A stretch of DNA of 64,000 nucleotides from Thermodesulfobacteriota bacterium (GCA_965223335.1 OZ244991.1:1728001-1792000); one strand, 5' to 3'. Shown: positions 10,487 through 21,197, counted from the first letter of the stretch. The notes: generated by a model from the letters alone, not told the origin. Numbers and translations: made by a program.

Positions 10487-11749
10487 CTATGTTGAAATAT
10501 CAATTTCTGCATCCATGTCGATTAGGCCATAAGATTTTCTCTCACCGACTACTTTAAATGTTTGGATGTCTAGATGCCGTGTCAAAAATACACGTTCTGA
10601 TGGGTAGTGCTCGGCGACATTAACATTTACTGAGTATTCGCCGGGGTTTAAGTTGATAGTGAGTACGAACTCGGTTGTAACGGCAGAGTTTGCTTTTACA
10701 GGTCCCATGGGATTTTTGGCAACCATTGGGCAAATGCCAAAAATTTCTAGCCCGGTTAATGTCAATATGTTCATCCCGATGTCGGGTTTAGGTACGTCTT
10801 TTTTAAAATGTACAATAAATCTGAATCTGTACTTCTCACCTGTTTCTAGCACTGTGGTTTGTTTATTTTCCGAGTCTAGGATTTGGAAATTTGTTATCTC
10901 TGCTTCCCCTGTACCAAAATTGTTATCGGTGCTCACTTCGTTTTGCGATACCTCTTTGGTTTCATAATCTTGTTGATTGCCCCCTTGCAGCTGCTTAATA
11001 TATTCTGCTTCCCTCTCGGCTAAAAGCCTGCTATATCTGTGGACTATCTCTTTAGGTGTGCCTAGGGTTATCATTTCTCCTTTATCGAGGAGCATTGCTC
11101 TGTTGCAAATGCTTGTAACAGTAGGAAGGTTGTGGGAAACAAACAATATGGTCTTACCGTCTTCCTGGAACTGCTGGATCTTTCGGTAACAGCGGCGTTT
11201 AAACATATCGTCCCCCACGGCCAACACCTCGTCAATTATAAGGATGTCCGGGTTTATATTTATGGCCGTTGCAAATGCAAGTCTCAGGTACATCCCGCTC
11301 GAGTAGGTCTTCACTGGTTGATCGAGAAAATCCCCTATGTCTGCAAACCCGGCAATGTCGTCAAAATGTTGGTTCATCTCATGCTTGCTAATCCCCATCA
11401 GTGCTCCCTGCATAAAGACATTCTCGCGCCCAGTGAATTCCTGATGAAACCCGGCCCCCAGGTCAAGCAGTGCCGATATTCGCCCCCTTATATCAATCTC
11501 TCCCGATGAGGGCTTTATGATCCCCGAGATTATCTGCAGCAGAGTGCTTTTGCCGCTTCCGTTCTGACCGACTATTGCGAATGTAGAGCCCTTGGTTATT
11601 TCCAGGTTTATATCTCTTAGTGCCCAGAACTCTGTGTGATATGTTTTGTTAGAGGGGTTAGCCATCTCTTTTAGACGAGCTACCGCAGACGGGTAGAGCT
11701 TATATTTTTTGCTCAGATTTTTTATGTCAATCGATATATTGTCGTTCAT
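10487..11749 (-). CDS. wzt: Polysaccharide ABC exporter ATP-binding subunit with Wzt C-terminal domain
   Basis: Walker A GQNGSGKST, YSSGMYLRLAF signature, IIDEVLAVGD; C-terminal domain begins FGTGEAEI. Confidence 0.93.
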   Translation of the reverse strand: MNDNISIDIKNLSKKYKLYPSAVARLKEMANPSNKTYHTEFWALRDINLEITKGSTFAIVGQNGSGKSTLLQIISGIIKPSSGEIDIRGRISALLDLGAGFHQEFTGRENVFMQGALMGISKHEMNQHFDDIAGFADIGDFLDQPVKTYSSGMYLRLAFATAININPDILIIDEVLAVGDDMFKRRCYRKIQQFQEDGKTILFVSHNLPTVTSICNRAMLLDKGEMITLGTPKEIVHRYSRLLAEREAEYIKQLQGGNQQDYETKEVSQNEVSTDNNFGTGEAEITNFQILDSENKQTTVLETGEKYRFRFIVHFKKDVPKPDIGMNILTLTGLEIFGICPMVAKNPMGPVKANSAVTTEFVLTINLNPGEYSVNVNVAEHYPSERVFLTRHLDIQTFKVVGERKSYGLIDMDAEIDIST

Positions 11750-11764
11750 CTGTATCCGTTATGT

Positions 11765-12607
11765 CTAAAGTACTTCAGCAAATCCAGGCTTAAGTTTCCT
11801 AAACAAAACACCCCCCAATCCAAACACAATCACGGCATAAATAACAAGCAATATTAAGCTGTCCGTAGGCGGGAACTTACCTGCGAGCAGCGAGTACCTA
11901 TAGCCCTCAACCACATGGAACATTGGGTTTAGTTTTAAAAGCGGCACTAACTTTTCGGGCACTATACCCACGGAGTAAAAAATAGGCGTAAAAAAGAACC
12001 ACCCTGTCATAATTACTCCAATCAACTGCTCCATATCCCTGAAATAAACATTGATGCTGGCAAACACCCAACTAGCCCCCACTGTAAAAACAACCATAAA
12101 AAATAGGTATAGGAACACTAATAACGCATAAGGAGTTAAAGTGACCCCAAACACAAGCAGAATAACCAGCACAAGGAGCATGGCGATTAAGTGGCTTATG
12201 ATGTGACTTGAGATTGTTACAATCGGTAGAACCTCCGAGGGGAACCCTGCGGATGTTTTTATCAGGTTGCCGTGATCTACCAAAACTCTGGTGGATGAGG
12301 ACACGGCCTGTGAAAAAAACTGCCAGGGCACAAGCCCACAGATCAGATAGAGGAAGAAGCTGTCCGTTCCATATACCGCATCGGGTTTAATCTTGAAAAA
12401 CACACCGAACACTATCCCGTATATTGCTACCTGTGAAAGCGGGTTTAGTATCGCCCAAGTGATGCCAAACGCACTGCCTATGTAATTTTTTTTAAGCTCC
12501 CTAAGAGCCATGGCAGACACCATGTGCCTATCCTTATAAAGTACCCTAAGGAACTCGATAAAAATCCTAAAGTTTCCAAAAATGCTGTCGTTTCCTCTCA
12601 TAGCCAT
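11765..12607 (-). CDS. wzm: Polysaccharide ABC exporter permease
   Basis: YIGSAFGITWAILNPL, FFFTPIFY, LNPMFHVVEGYR, FAEVL end; adjacent to wzt. Confidence 0.93.
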   Translation of the reverse strand: MAMRGNDSIFGNFRIFIEFLRVLYKDRHMVSAMALRELKKNYIGSAFGITWAILNPLSQVAIYGIVFGVFFKIKPDAVYGTDSFFLYLICGLVPWQFFSQAVSSSTRVLVDHGNLIKTSAGFPSEVLPIVTISSHIISHLIAMLLVLVILLVFGVTLTPYALLVFLYLFFMVVFTVGASWVFASINVYFRDMEQLIGVIMTGWFFFTPIFYSVGIVPEKLVPLLKLNPMFHVVEGYRYSLLAGKFPPTDSLILLVIYAVIVFGLGGVLFRKLKPGFAEVL

Positions 12608-12629
12608 TGTTGAGACCTATCACATCATC

Positions 12630-13535
12630 TCAATTATACTGAATATCCTTTCCTGTGATTGCATACCAAATCCCCATTAAAAAACCCAGGCTAAACCTGC
12701 CGTGAGTCCTAAGCTCCATATTAATGGGCACAAGCAAAAGCGGCAGATACCTGCATCCGTTAAGCAGCAACATCATCCACACCACAAACGGATAACGATC
12801 GCGAAGCCGTGCAAAAGACAGTCCCACTGCAGCGGCTTTGTTTAGACTCTTTAGAATAAACGGCGGATGCATATACTCGAGGGAATAGGATTTTTGGACT
12901 TTCTTTTTCCCTGCCAGCATCCTCACTGTCAGCTCAACGTCCTCCTGCCCGATGATCTCCGATACAAACCCACACAAATCCCCAAGTGTCTCCCTACGGT
13001 ACGCCATACACCTGTTGGTGGGGAAATGTCGGTCGTGGTAATTGTACTTTTCCCTAAGCATACTGTAGCTTGCCGATCCATAGGGCATCAAAGCGTCTGC
13101 ACCCGTGGATTCGAACTCGGAGATCAGTGTAGTTAGAAATTCCCCATCGAGTATAACGGTGTCGTCATCCAAAAACAGGATATATTCGCCGTTACTCTTT
13201 TCTAACCCATAATTGCGCGAGTATCCCATGGTGCCGAAGTTCTCAGACAGGGTGTAGTAATTTATCTTTAGACGCGACCCGTACTCATCTATCAATGACC
13301 TGCCCTCATCCGTCCCGCCCCTGTCTTCTACCAGTATCACCTCGAACGACTCTTTGGGCAGTGTTTGCTCTGACAAACAGGCGAGTATGGTTCTCATCAA
13401 GCGTGCGTTGCTGTAAAAATTTATGATACACGAGACCCTACAGTCCCGCCCGCCCTCTGCCACCCGGCAGTCGCCTTTTAAGGAAAATGGAAACAGGTTG
13501 TATGCATAACTCAAGAGTAGTTCGCGTATGTTCAT
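12630..13535 (-). CDS. GT2 glycosyltransferase
   Basis: FEVILVED, SRNYGL, ILFLDDD, QEDVEL. Confidence 0.85.
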   Translation of the reverse strand: MNIRELLLSYAYNLFPFSLKGDCRVAEGGRDCRVSCIINFYSNARLMRTILACLSEQTLPKESFEVILVEDRGGTDEGRSLIDEYGSRLKINYYTLSENFGTMGYSRNYGLEKSNGEYILFLDDDTVILDGEFLTTLISEFESTGADALMPYGSASYSMLREKYNYHDRHFPTNRCMAYRRETLGDLCGFVSEIIGQEDVELTVRMLAGKKKVQKSYSLEYMHPPFILKSLNKAAAVGLSFARLRDRYPFVVWMMLLLNGCRYLPLLLVPINMELRTHGRFSLGFLMGIWYAITGKDIQYN

Positions 13536-13731
13536 GTTATAAAAAGAAAAATAGTTTATAAACCTAACAATTCTACGTAGTAATTACCGGGTTGTATACA
13601 GGATTTGGCCAAGAGGGTTGTGCCGAAATACAAGGTAGCTGGTACAATATAAACTCATAATCATATGTGACACTCGATTTAGCGAGCATGACATCCAAAT
13701 TATGGGATAAATCTACATACAGCAAATAGAT

Positions 13732-14322
13732 ATGAACCACGACCCGGTTAGTCAGTTAGAGAGGATTATTAAAAGCAGGGATATGGCCAAGATCCAGATC
13801 CAGGACGGATACGTCCCGGCCTCTGTCATGATCATATTAAACGAGTCCAATAGTGGTTACGAGATGCTTTTTATAAAGCGGCCTGAGAACCCCGAGGACC
13901 CGTTCTCAGGGCATATGGCGTTCCCCGGCGGTCGGATGGACGAGGGCGAGACCATTCTTGAGACCGCTGTGCGCGAAACAATAGAGGAGATAGGGGTTGA
14001 TATAGGGCAAAGCGGCAGGGTAATAGGCGAGCTTGACGATTTCAATCCCAATAATCCCAGGGCCAAAAACTACATTGTCACCCCATTCATATCCATACTC
14101 ATAGACGAAGTAGAGCTCACCCCTAATATTGTGGAGGTTGAGAAAATAGTGTGGGTTCCCCTCCACCACCTCCTTGACAAAGCCAATACAGAGGTACGGC
14201 TACGCGACCGAAACGGCGTTGCAATAAAGGATTATGTGTACTACTTCGAAAACTATGTGATATGGGGGATGACCGGCAAGGTGCTCAATCATTTTATCTC
14301 CATTACCCGGGGAGTGTTTTGA
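13732..14322 (+). CDS. Nudix hydrolase, CoA pyrophosphatase (NudL-like)
   Basis: SGHMAFPGG plus Nudix box GETILETAVRETIEEIG, C-terminal IWGMT. Confidence 0.88.
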   Translation: MNHDPVSQLERIIKSRDMAKIQIQDGYVPASVMIILNESNSGYEMLFIKRPENPEDPFSGHMAFPGGRMDEGETILETAVRETIEEIGVDIGQSGRVIGELDDFNPNNPRAKNYIVTPFISILIDEVELTPNIVEVEKIVWVPLHHLLDKANTEVRLRDRNGVAIKDYVYYFENYVIWGMTGKVLNHFISITRGVF

Positions 14323-14387
14323 ATGTGGATTTTCCTACACCAAGGTGATAGAATGTGGTGTACCGATAATCCTAGAGGGAGAAGAGA

Positions 14388-14813
14388 ATGAGAGGTGTTA
14401 ACAAAGTCATACTGATCGGCAACCTCGGACGCGATCCCGAGATCCGTTACACAACCAGCGGCCAGGCTGTTGCCAACTTTACACTGGCCACAACCGAGGC
14501 CTACACAAACAAAGAGGGTGAGCGCCAGGAGTCAACCGAATGGCACCGCATTGTGGCCTGGGGCAGATTAGCAGAGATTTGCGGGGAATACCTGACCAAA
14601 GGCCGCACTGTATATATAGAGGGGGCAATACGAACGAGATCGTGGGAAGACAAAGAAGGGAAAACGCGCTGGACCACAGAGATTATTGCAAGGAACATGC
14701 AGATGCTTGGTTCCGGAGCTGATCGCAGCGACACTTCTTCATCTCGACAACAGGCACCCGATGACTTTGAGTTGGACGAATCCGTCGAATCCGATGAAGA
14801 TATTCCATTCTAG
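14388..14813 (+). CDS. ssb: Single-stranded DNA-binding protein
   Basis: [22 protein letters not shown], acidic DEDIPF tail. Confidence 0.98.
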   Translation: MRGVNKVILIGNLGRDPEIRYTTSGQAVANFTLATTEAYTNKEGERQESTEWHRIVAWGRLAEICGEYLTKGRTVYIEGAIRTRSWEDKEGKTRWTTEIIARNMQMLGSGADRSDTSSSRQQAPDDFELDESVESDEDIPF

Positions 14814-14885
14814 ATAACTCCCGTTTACCTGATCGTATCTAATGGCCTTATAATATAGGTGTCAGACCGAGGAGGGGTTTATAAC

Positions 14886-15260
14886 TTGAATGCTGTAAAC
14901 ATTCCCGCTCATGATGAGGTGAGAAAGATTGTAAAGCCTTGGGGCTATGAGTTGTGGTGGGCCGTGACCGATAAGTATGTGGGCAAGATTCTACATATTA
15001 ATAAGGGTGAGAGCCTGAGTTATCAGTACCACGAGATAAAGGACGAGACCCTCTACCTTCAAAGCGGCCGGATGATACTCCTAGTGGAGCGCCCGGGCAG
15101 GGAAAGAGAGGAGATAACTGCATTGCCTGGATTCTCCATTCGTATCACGCCTCATACTAAACATAGGCTTACGGCTATTGAGGACTGCGAGGTGCTCGAG
15201 GTCTCCACACCCGAGGTCGAAGACGTGGTCCGCCTCGAGGATGCCTATGGGAGGGTGTAA
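14886..15260 (+). CDS. Cupin-domain protein (mannose-6-phosphate isomerase type II C-terminal-like)
   Basis: KPWGYE, LSYQYHEIKDET, HRL, EVSTPEVEDVVRLEDAYGR; TTG start chosen after GGAGG (track start 14859). Confidence 0.8.
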   Translation: MNAVNIPAHDEVRKIVKPWGYELWWAVTDKYVGKILHINKGESLSYQYHEIKDETLYLQSGRMILLVERPGREREEITALPGFSIRITPHTKHRLTAIEDCEVLEVSTPEVEDVVRLEDAYGRV

Positions 15261-15263
15261 GCT

Positions 15264-16649
15264 ATGAACTTTGCATTGGTAATATTAGCAGCCGGTAAGG
15301 GAAAGAGGATGAAATCAGATTTACCCAAGGTTCTCCACCCGATTTTGGGTAAACCGATGATTGACTGGGTTTATTCTGCGTCTGAGAAACTCGCGCCCAA
15401 GAAAATTGTTGCAATTGTGGGCTATGGGGCCGATCAAGTGAGGACTGCGCTTAATGATAGGAAAGTAGTCTTTGCACTTCAAAAAAAACAGCTCGGCACC
15501 GGCCATGCAGTGCTATGTGCCGAGAAAGCACTTTCCGGGTATAAGGGCAATATCATGATATTAAACGGCGACTTCCCGCTCATAAGTTCTAACACCTTAA
15601 AACGCTTTTTAGATACCCACGCTAAAACACGTTCAGCTGTAACAGTCCTAACATCCAAGTTTGAAAACCCCACCAGTTACGGTCGCGTCATAAGAGGGCG
15701 GGGGGGAGAACTGGAAAAGATCGTCGAGCATGGCGATGCCACAGCTCAAGAAAAGAAAGTCGACGAGATTAACACCGGTGCCTACTGTGTGAAATCGGAA
15801 GTGCTGTGGTCAGCACTAAAGAATCTCAAAAGAAATAATAGACAAAGCGAATACTATCTAACCGACATTATCGCATATGCTAAGAATAAGGGGCTCAGAC
15901 TCTCGGGCTACATAGCCAAGAATGAAAAAGAGGTCATCGGGGTTAACGACAGAGCCGATCTCGCACTCGCCGAACAGACCATGAGACACTGGGTAAATGA
16001 TAAATTAATGGCAAGTGGGGTGACCATCATCGATCCCGAATCCACCTATATATCTCCCGATGCAAAGGTCGCCCGCGACACCACGATTTATCCCAATACA
16101 TATATATATGGTAGTTCAGTCGTAGGTACGGGGTCCAAGATTGGCCCTTCGGTATGGCTCGAGGATTGTGCACTGGGCCGGGATGTGTGGGTCAAATTTT
16201 CCTGCTACATAACTAATGCAAAAATTAAAGACAGTGTGACTGTGGGTCCGTTTGCGCACATTCGCCCTGAGGCCGAAATACTAAGCAACGCAAAGATAGG
16301 CAACTTTGTGGAGATCAAAAAATCTACTATAGGCAAAGGGTCCAAGGTGCCCCATCTCTCCTACGTAGGAGACGCATATCTAGGCGAGAGTGTGAATATT
16401 GGCGCAGGCACCATCACCTGTAACTACGACGGTGTAAATAAACACCGGACCACGATCGGCGACAACGTATTTATAGGCAGCGACACAATGCTTGTTGCTC
16501 CTATAACCGTCGGTGCGGGGGCGGTTACAGGGGCAGGATCGACCATTACAAAAGACGTTCCGGGGGGTGCACTCGCAATAGCGCGTGCTCGTCAGACCGT
16601 AATAGAGCAGTGGAAACAAAAAACACGCAAACCCAAGGGGAAGCGATAG
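15264..16649 (+). CDS. glmU: Bifunctional UDP-GlcNAc pyrophosphorylase / GlcN-1-P acetyltransferase
   Basis: LAAGKGKRMKS, QLGTGHA, GNFVEIKKS, HLSYVGDA, CNYDG. Confidence 0.98.
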   Translation: MNFALVILAAGKGKRMKSDLPKVLHPILGKPMIDWVYSASEKLAPKKIVAIVGYGADQVRTALNDRKVVFALQKKQLGTGHAVLCAEKALSGYKGNIMILNGDFPLISSNTLKRFLDTHAKTRSAVTVLTSKFENPTSYGRVIRGRGGELEKIVEHGDATAQEKKVDEINTGAYCVKSEVLWSALKNLKRNNRQSEYYLTDIIAYAKNKGLRLSGYIAKNEKEVIGVNDRADLALAEQTMRHWVNDKLMASGVTIIDPESTYISPDAKVARDTTIYPNTYIYGSSVVGTGSKIGPSVWLEDCALGRDVWVKFSCYITNAKIKDSVTVGPFAHIRPEAEILSNAKIGNFVEIKKSTIGKGSKVPHLSYVGDAYLGESVNIGAGTITCNYDGVNKHRTTIGDNVFIGSDTMLVAPITVGAGAVTGAGSTITKDVPGGALAIARARQTVIEQWKQKTRKPKGKR

Positions 16650-18482
16650 ATGTGCGGCATAGTGGGGTACGTTGGAGACCCTGATAGAACAATCGAGATT
16701 TTGCTAGACGGATTATCCCGACTTGAGTACAGGGGCTACGACTCGGCTGGGATCGCCGTGATCGACGGTGCTAAACCCAAGGTTGTAAGGAGCGAGGGCA
16801 AGCTATCCAACCTAAAACAGAAGATCGAAGCCGAACCGCTCGAGGGTTTTTTGGGTATAGGCCACACCCGCTGGGCAACACACGGCAGCGCAATTGAGCG
16901 CAATGCCCATCCCCACAGTTCTGGATCCGTCTCAGTTGTGCATAACGGGATCATCGAAAACTTCCTCGAGTTAAAAGACGAGCTTATCCAAAACGGCTAT
17001 GAGTTTTCATCGGATACAGACACCGAGGTCATAGCACACCTTATCGAGCACAATTCCAGTAACGGCACTACGTTTGAAGACGCTGTGCGTGAGAGTTTCA
17101 ACAGGATCCACGGCTCCTATGCTGTGGCTGCGATCTCAGCAGACGAGCCCGATAAGGTTATTGCGACCAGGAAGTTCTCGCCTCTTATTTTAGCTGTAGG
17201 TGACGGCGCCAATTATCTGGCATCGGATATTCCTGCAATACTCCCCTACACCAACAAGGTCATTTTTCTTGAGGACGGCGATATTGCTGTGATCGAGAAA
17301 GACAGTATTAAGATCACAGATGCAGAGGGCAAAGAAGCGGTTCGAGATGTAAATGTGATCAACTGGGACCCGATCTCGGTCGAGAAGGGCGGGTACCGCC
17401 ACTTCATGCTAAAGGAGATCCATGAGCAGCCACAGGCCATTCTGGACACACTGGGCGGCAGGTTCGATGAGGCTACCGGCGAGGTGTTTCTAGAGGGCAT
17501 AGACACCGAGTTCTTAGAGGATATTCAGAGGTTGATATTGGTTGCGTGCGGCACGTCTTACCATGCCTGCCTTATCGGTAAATATATGATTGAACAGGTC
17601 GCGGGCCTGCCGGTAGAGGTGGATCTCGCATCTGAGTTCCGCTATAGGTCTCCCATATTGGACGACGGTGTGTTGGTTGTGGCGGTCTCCCAGTCGGGCG
17701 AAACTGCCGATACCTCAGAAGCTCTCATAGAGGCTAAGGCCGGGGGTGCGAGGACACTCGGAATCACCAATGTGATGATGAGTAAAATCGCGCGTGAGGC
17801 CGATAGAGTCATCCATACTCATGCAGGCCCCGAGATAGGGGTTGCGTCCACAAAGGCTTTTACAACCCAGCTCATAGTGTTTTATCTGCTCGCGATTTAT
17901 CTGGGGCGCGCCAACGTAAATATAGAGTCAGGTGAAGCTAAATCCCTTATTCATGACCTTATCCAAATCCCACAGATTATGCAGCGTAGCCTTAAACTCG
18001 AGCCCGTGATGAAGGACTTGGCCAAGGAGTTTTACGACTACACCAATTTCTTATATCTTGGCCGGGGCATTAACTACCCGGTGGCCTATGAAGGAGCGCT
18101 TAAATTAAAGGAGATCTCCTATATCCATGCCGAGGGCTATGCGGCGGGCGAGATGAAGCACGGCCCGATCGCCCTTGTGGACGAGCACATGCCGGTGGTT
18201 GTACTTGCGCCCAACGGCGACGTAACATACAAAAAACTGCTAGGCAATCTCCAAGAGGTACGCGCCAGAAAGGGCAAGGTAATCTTTATATCTTCCCAGA
18301 AGCATACGGATGAACTGGACCAGTGGGTAGACAGGTTTATAGAGCTCCCCAAGAGCAGCTACCTGCTTAGCCCCATAGTCTCGGTGGTGCCGCTACAACT
18401 CCTGGCATACTATATAGCTGTGTTTAAGGGCACAGATATTGACCAACCGCGTAATCTTGCTAAAGTAGTAACTGTGGAGTAA
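16650..18482 (+). CDS. glmS: Glutamine-fructose-6-phosphate aminotransferase
   Basis: MCGIVG, LEYRGYDSAG, HTRWATHG, SQSGET, PRNLAKVVTVE. Confidence 0.99.
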   Translation: MCGIVGYVGDPDRTIEILLDGLSRLEYRGYDSAGIAVIDGAKPKVVRSEGKLSNLKQKIEAEPLEGFLGIGHTRWATHGSAIERNAHPHSSGSVSVVHNGIIENFLELKDELIQNGYEFSSDTDTEVIAHLIEHNSSNGTTFEDAVRESFNRIHGSYAVAAISADEPDKVIATRKFSPLILAVGDGANYLASDIPAILPYTNKVIFLEDGDIAVIEKDSIKITDAEGKEAVRDVNVINWDPISVEKGGYRHFMLKEIHEQPQAILDTLGGRFDEATGEVFLEGIDTEFLEDIQRLILVACGTSYHACLIGKYMIEQVAGLPVEVDLASEFRYRSPILDDGVLVVAVSQSGETADTSEALIEAKAGGARTLGITNVMMSKIAREADRVIHTHAGPEIGVASTKAFTTQLIVFYLLAIYLGRANVNIESGEAKSLIHDLIQIPQIMQRSLKLEPVMKDLAKEFYDYTNFLYLGRGINYPVAYEGALKLKEISYIHAEGYAAGEMKHGPIALVDEHMPVVVLAPNGDVTYKKLLGNLQEVRARKGKVIFISSQKHTDELDQWVDRFIELPKSSYLLSPIVSVVPLQLLAYYIAVFKGTDIDQPRNLAKVVTVE

Positions 18483-18602
18483 GCCTTAGTTTCTAAACAC
18501 TCCGGGTCTGGATAATAGAACAGACAATGAAGTTGTTTCGATAGATTGATTTTTCTGGTAGATTAATTGGCTTTTTAATTTACCCGAGATAAGAGGATCG
18601 CT

Positions 18603-19877
18603 ATGAGAGTATTGGTTGTGGGTGGTGGGGGACGTGAGCATGCACTTTGCTGGAAAATCAAACAGAGCCCGCTTGTAGATAAAGTATACTCTGCTCCCGG
18701 CAATGCCGGGATCGGACTCGATGTAGAGTGTGTGGACATAAGCGCTACTGATATAGAAGCGCTTTTACGTTTTGCCAAAGCGTCTGAGATCGGTTTAACG
18801 GTCGTGGGACCCGAGGCCCCGCTCGCCCTTGGTATCGTGGATAGATTCAAAGAGAACAATCTAACTATATTCGGCCCTACTGCTCGGGCAGCAGAGCTTG
18901 AGTCGAGTAAGGCATTCTCCAAGAACATTATGAAGAAATACGATATACCCACTGCGTTTTACTCGGTATTCGACAACTATGATGACGCCATGGATTGGGT
19001 TCGGGAGGTAAAGCCCCCGCTTGTGATCAAGGCAGACGGTTTGGCGGCAGGCAAAGGGGTTGTGATATGCGAGACAGAGGCAGAGGCCCACCATGCATTA
19101 GACGATATGATGTCTAAAAAGATTTTCGGCGACGCCGGTGACACTGTGGTTGTAGAAGAATTCCTTCGGGGCGAGGAAGCCTCGTTTTTTGCTATTACGG
19201 ACGGCACCAATATTCTACCCCTTGAGCCCTCGCAGGATCATAAAGCTTTGCTTGATAACGATCAGGGCCCCAACACTGGCGGCATGGGTGCATACACCCC
19301 CGCACCGGTGGTTACCGATGATATCAGGGCCAAGATTATAGACGAAGTCATAGTGCCCATCGTAGAGGCAATGAATAGTGAGGGGCGTGAATATAAAGGT
19401 GTCATATATGCAGGTTTAATGATTGAAGACTCCTCGATAAAGGTTCTTGAGTTTAATTGTAGGTTCGGCGACCCCGAGGCGCAGCCCCTTATAATGCGTA
19501 TGAAATCAGACATTGTCCCCATGCTCTTGGCCTCGGCAGAGGGCAATCTTACGGGGCAAACTGTCGAGTGGCACCCCGACGCTTCTGTATGCGTAGTTAT
19601 GGCCTCTAAGGGCTACCCGGGGGACTACAAGAAAGGAAAAGTCATAGAGGGCTTGGAAAACATTAAAAACATGAGTAATGTAAAAGTGTTTCATTCGGGG
19701 ACTGCATTAAATAACGGTGATGTGGTAACAAACGGGGGCAGGGTTTTGGGTGTAACGTCCCTTGGGTCCAGTATCCCTGAGGCAATAGACAATGCCTACT
19801 CAGCGGTAGGCAGGCTTAGTAGTGATTTCCTATGCTACAGGACCGATATTGGCAAAAAAGCTCTAAAATACCTGTAA
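18603..19877 (+). CDS. purD: Phosphoribosylamine-glycine ligase
   Basis: GGGGREHAL, KADGLAAGKGV, GPNTGGMGAY, EFNCRFGDPE. Confidence 0.99.
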   Translation: MRVLVVGGGGREHALCWKIKQSPLVDKVYSAPGNAGIGLDVECVDISATDIEALLRFAKASEIGLTVVGPEAPLALGIVDRFKENNLTIFGPTARAAELESSKAFSKNIMKKYDIPTAFYSVFDNYDDAMDWVREVKPPLVIKADGLAAGKGVVICETEAEAHHALDDMMSKKIFGDAGDTVVVEEFLRGEEASFFAITDGTNILPLEPSQDHKALLDNDQGPNTGGMGAYTPAPVVTDDIRAKIIDEVIVPIVEAMNSEGREYKGVIYAGLMIEDSSIKVLEFNCRFGDPEAQPLIMRMKSDIVPMLLASAEGNLTGQTVEWHPDASVCVVMASKGYPGDYKKGKVIEGLENIKNMSNVKVFHSGTALNNGDVVTNGGRVLGVTSLGSSIPEAIDNAYSAVGRLSSDFLCYRTDIGKKALKYL

Positions 19878-19923
19878 TTACTAAGAAATACTCACAGAGC
19901 GGTTGTTAGGAGGTAATAGAAAA

Positions 19924-20238
19924 ATGGCAGAGATATGGTACATAAGCATTGATGCTGAAACATTTGAAGATAGTTCCCCACAGCATGAAATTGGCTTCTA
20001 CGATTGTGTGGAACTGCTCGAGATTACTCCCGACAATTGGTTAGCGGAACTTGATGCCATGCCCGAGCTTAAAACCGGCGATCCCTTAGTGGACGAAAGC
20101 GGCTATGTATGCGTGCTCATGCGGGCTCCGGAAAGTGAAATTGAGGGGTTGGATACCGAGGATTGGAAGCCGGGATGGTATAAATCTCGACTAACTGTAG
20201 TGGGGTTTGAAACAAAGTTGCGAACAAAGCCTAAATAG
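19924..20238 (+). CDS. Acidic hypothetical protein (104 aa)
   Basis: ATG follows a strong AGGAGG RBS; ORF fills the purD-rpsL gap; no recognised motif. Confidence 0.7.
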   Translation: MAEIWYISIDAETFEDSSPQHEIGFYDCVELLEITPDNWLAELDAMPELKTGDPLVDESGYVCVLMRAPESEIEGLDTEDWKPGWYKSRLTVVGFETKLRTKPK

Positions 20239-20251
20239 TTGTGTTTTTTCC

Positions 20252-20281
20252 TTGACATGGCTATAAATGTCTGGATTAATA
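20252..20281 (+). promoter_or_regulatory. Probable sigma-70 promoter of the rpsL operon
   Basis: Perfect TTGACA at 20252-20257 and an AT-rich -10-like ATTAAT 17 bp downstream. Confidence 0.5.
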
Positions 20282-20313
20282 CTTGGATAAACTTTTTACG
20301 GAGAAGTAAGTAA

Positions 20314-20685
20314 GTGCCTACGATTAGTCAGCTCGTAAGAAACGGTAGAAAACGTGCTAAGAAGAAGAGTAAAGCCCCTGCATTACAGAACTGTCCGCAG
20401 AAGCGGGGAGTGTGTGTAAGGGTCTATACCACTACCCCTAAGAAGCCCAATTCGGCTCTTAGAAAGGTAGCAAGAATAAGGCTTACCAACGGAATTGAGG
20501 TTACAGGCTACATACCTGGTGAGGGGCATACCCTACAGGAACACTCAGTGATTCTTGTAAGGGGTGGCAGGGTGAAGGACCTTCCTGGAGTAAGATATCA
20601 CATAGTTCGAGGCACTCTTGATGCGACAGGGGTTGAGAGCAGACGGCAGGGTCGTTCAAAGTACGGTGCCAAAAAACCCAAATAA
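20314..20685 (+). CDS. rpsL: 30S ribosomal protein S12
   Basis: [28 protein letters not shown]. Confidence 0.99.
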   Translation: MPTISQLVRNGRKRAKKKSKAPALQNCPQKRGVCVRVYTTTPKKPNSALRKVARIRLTNGIEVTGYIPGEGHTLQEHSVILVRGGRVKDLPGVRYHIVRGTLDATGVESRRQGRSKYGAKKPK

Positions 20686-20705
20686 TAATATAGGGAAGTA
20701 ACAGT

Positions 20706-21176
20706 ATGCCAAGAAAGGGTTCGGTTTCTAAAAGGAAAATACCTGGCGATTCGATGTTCGGTGACGTAACGGTTACCAAGTTTATCAATTCGCTAATGTA
20801 CGACGGCAAAAAGAGCAAGGCCGAGAAAATATTCTACGGTGCAATGGACATTATAAAGGAAAAGACCGGTAAAGACCCGCTCGAGGTATTCCAGGCGGCT
20901 ATGGACAATGTAAAGCCCGCAATCGAGGTAAGACCCAGAAGGGTGGGCGGTGCAACCTATCAGGTGCCCATGGAAGTAAGCTCGTTCCGCCGCCAATCGC
21001 TTGCAATTAGGTGGTTGTTAAACGCCATTAGGAGCCGAGAGGGCAAGTCGATGCAGGACAAGCTGTCCGGTGAACTTATGGATGCTGCCGAGGGACGCGG
21101 CGGTGCAATTAAAAAAAGAGAAGACACACATAAAATGGCCGATGCCAATAGAGCTTTTGCTCATTACAGGTGGTAG
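20706..21176 (+). CDS. rpsG: 30S ribosomal protein S7
   Basis: [21 protein letters not shown]. Confidence 0.99.
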   Translation: MPRKGSVSKRKIPGDSMFGDVTVTKFINSLMYDGKKSKAEKIFYGAMDIIKEKTGKDPLEVFQAAMDNVKPAIEVRPRRVGGATYQVPMEVSSFRRQSLAIRWLLNAIRSREGKSMQDKLSGELMDAAEGRGGAIKKREDTHKMADANRAFAHYRW

Positions 21177-21197
21177 TAATTTTGCGGAGGAGTTAAG

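Noticed and set aside
4734..13136. Plus-strand ORFs within the left glycan cluster (e.g. 7264-7773, 8709-9233)
   Set aside because: Lie opposite well-supported glycosyltransferase and ABC genes; Ser/Ile-rich shadow translations
13606..13626. Minus-strand CGGCAC...TTGGC resembling a sigma-54 promoter for the left glycan operon
   Set aside because: GG to GC spacing is not the required 10 nt
16640..16660. glmS ribozyme
   Set aside because: glmS starts immediately after the glmU stop, leaving no 5' UTR
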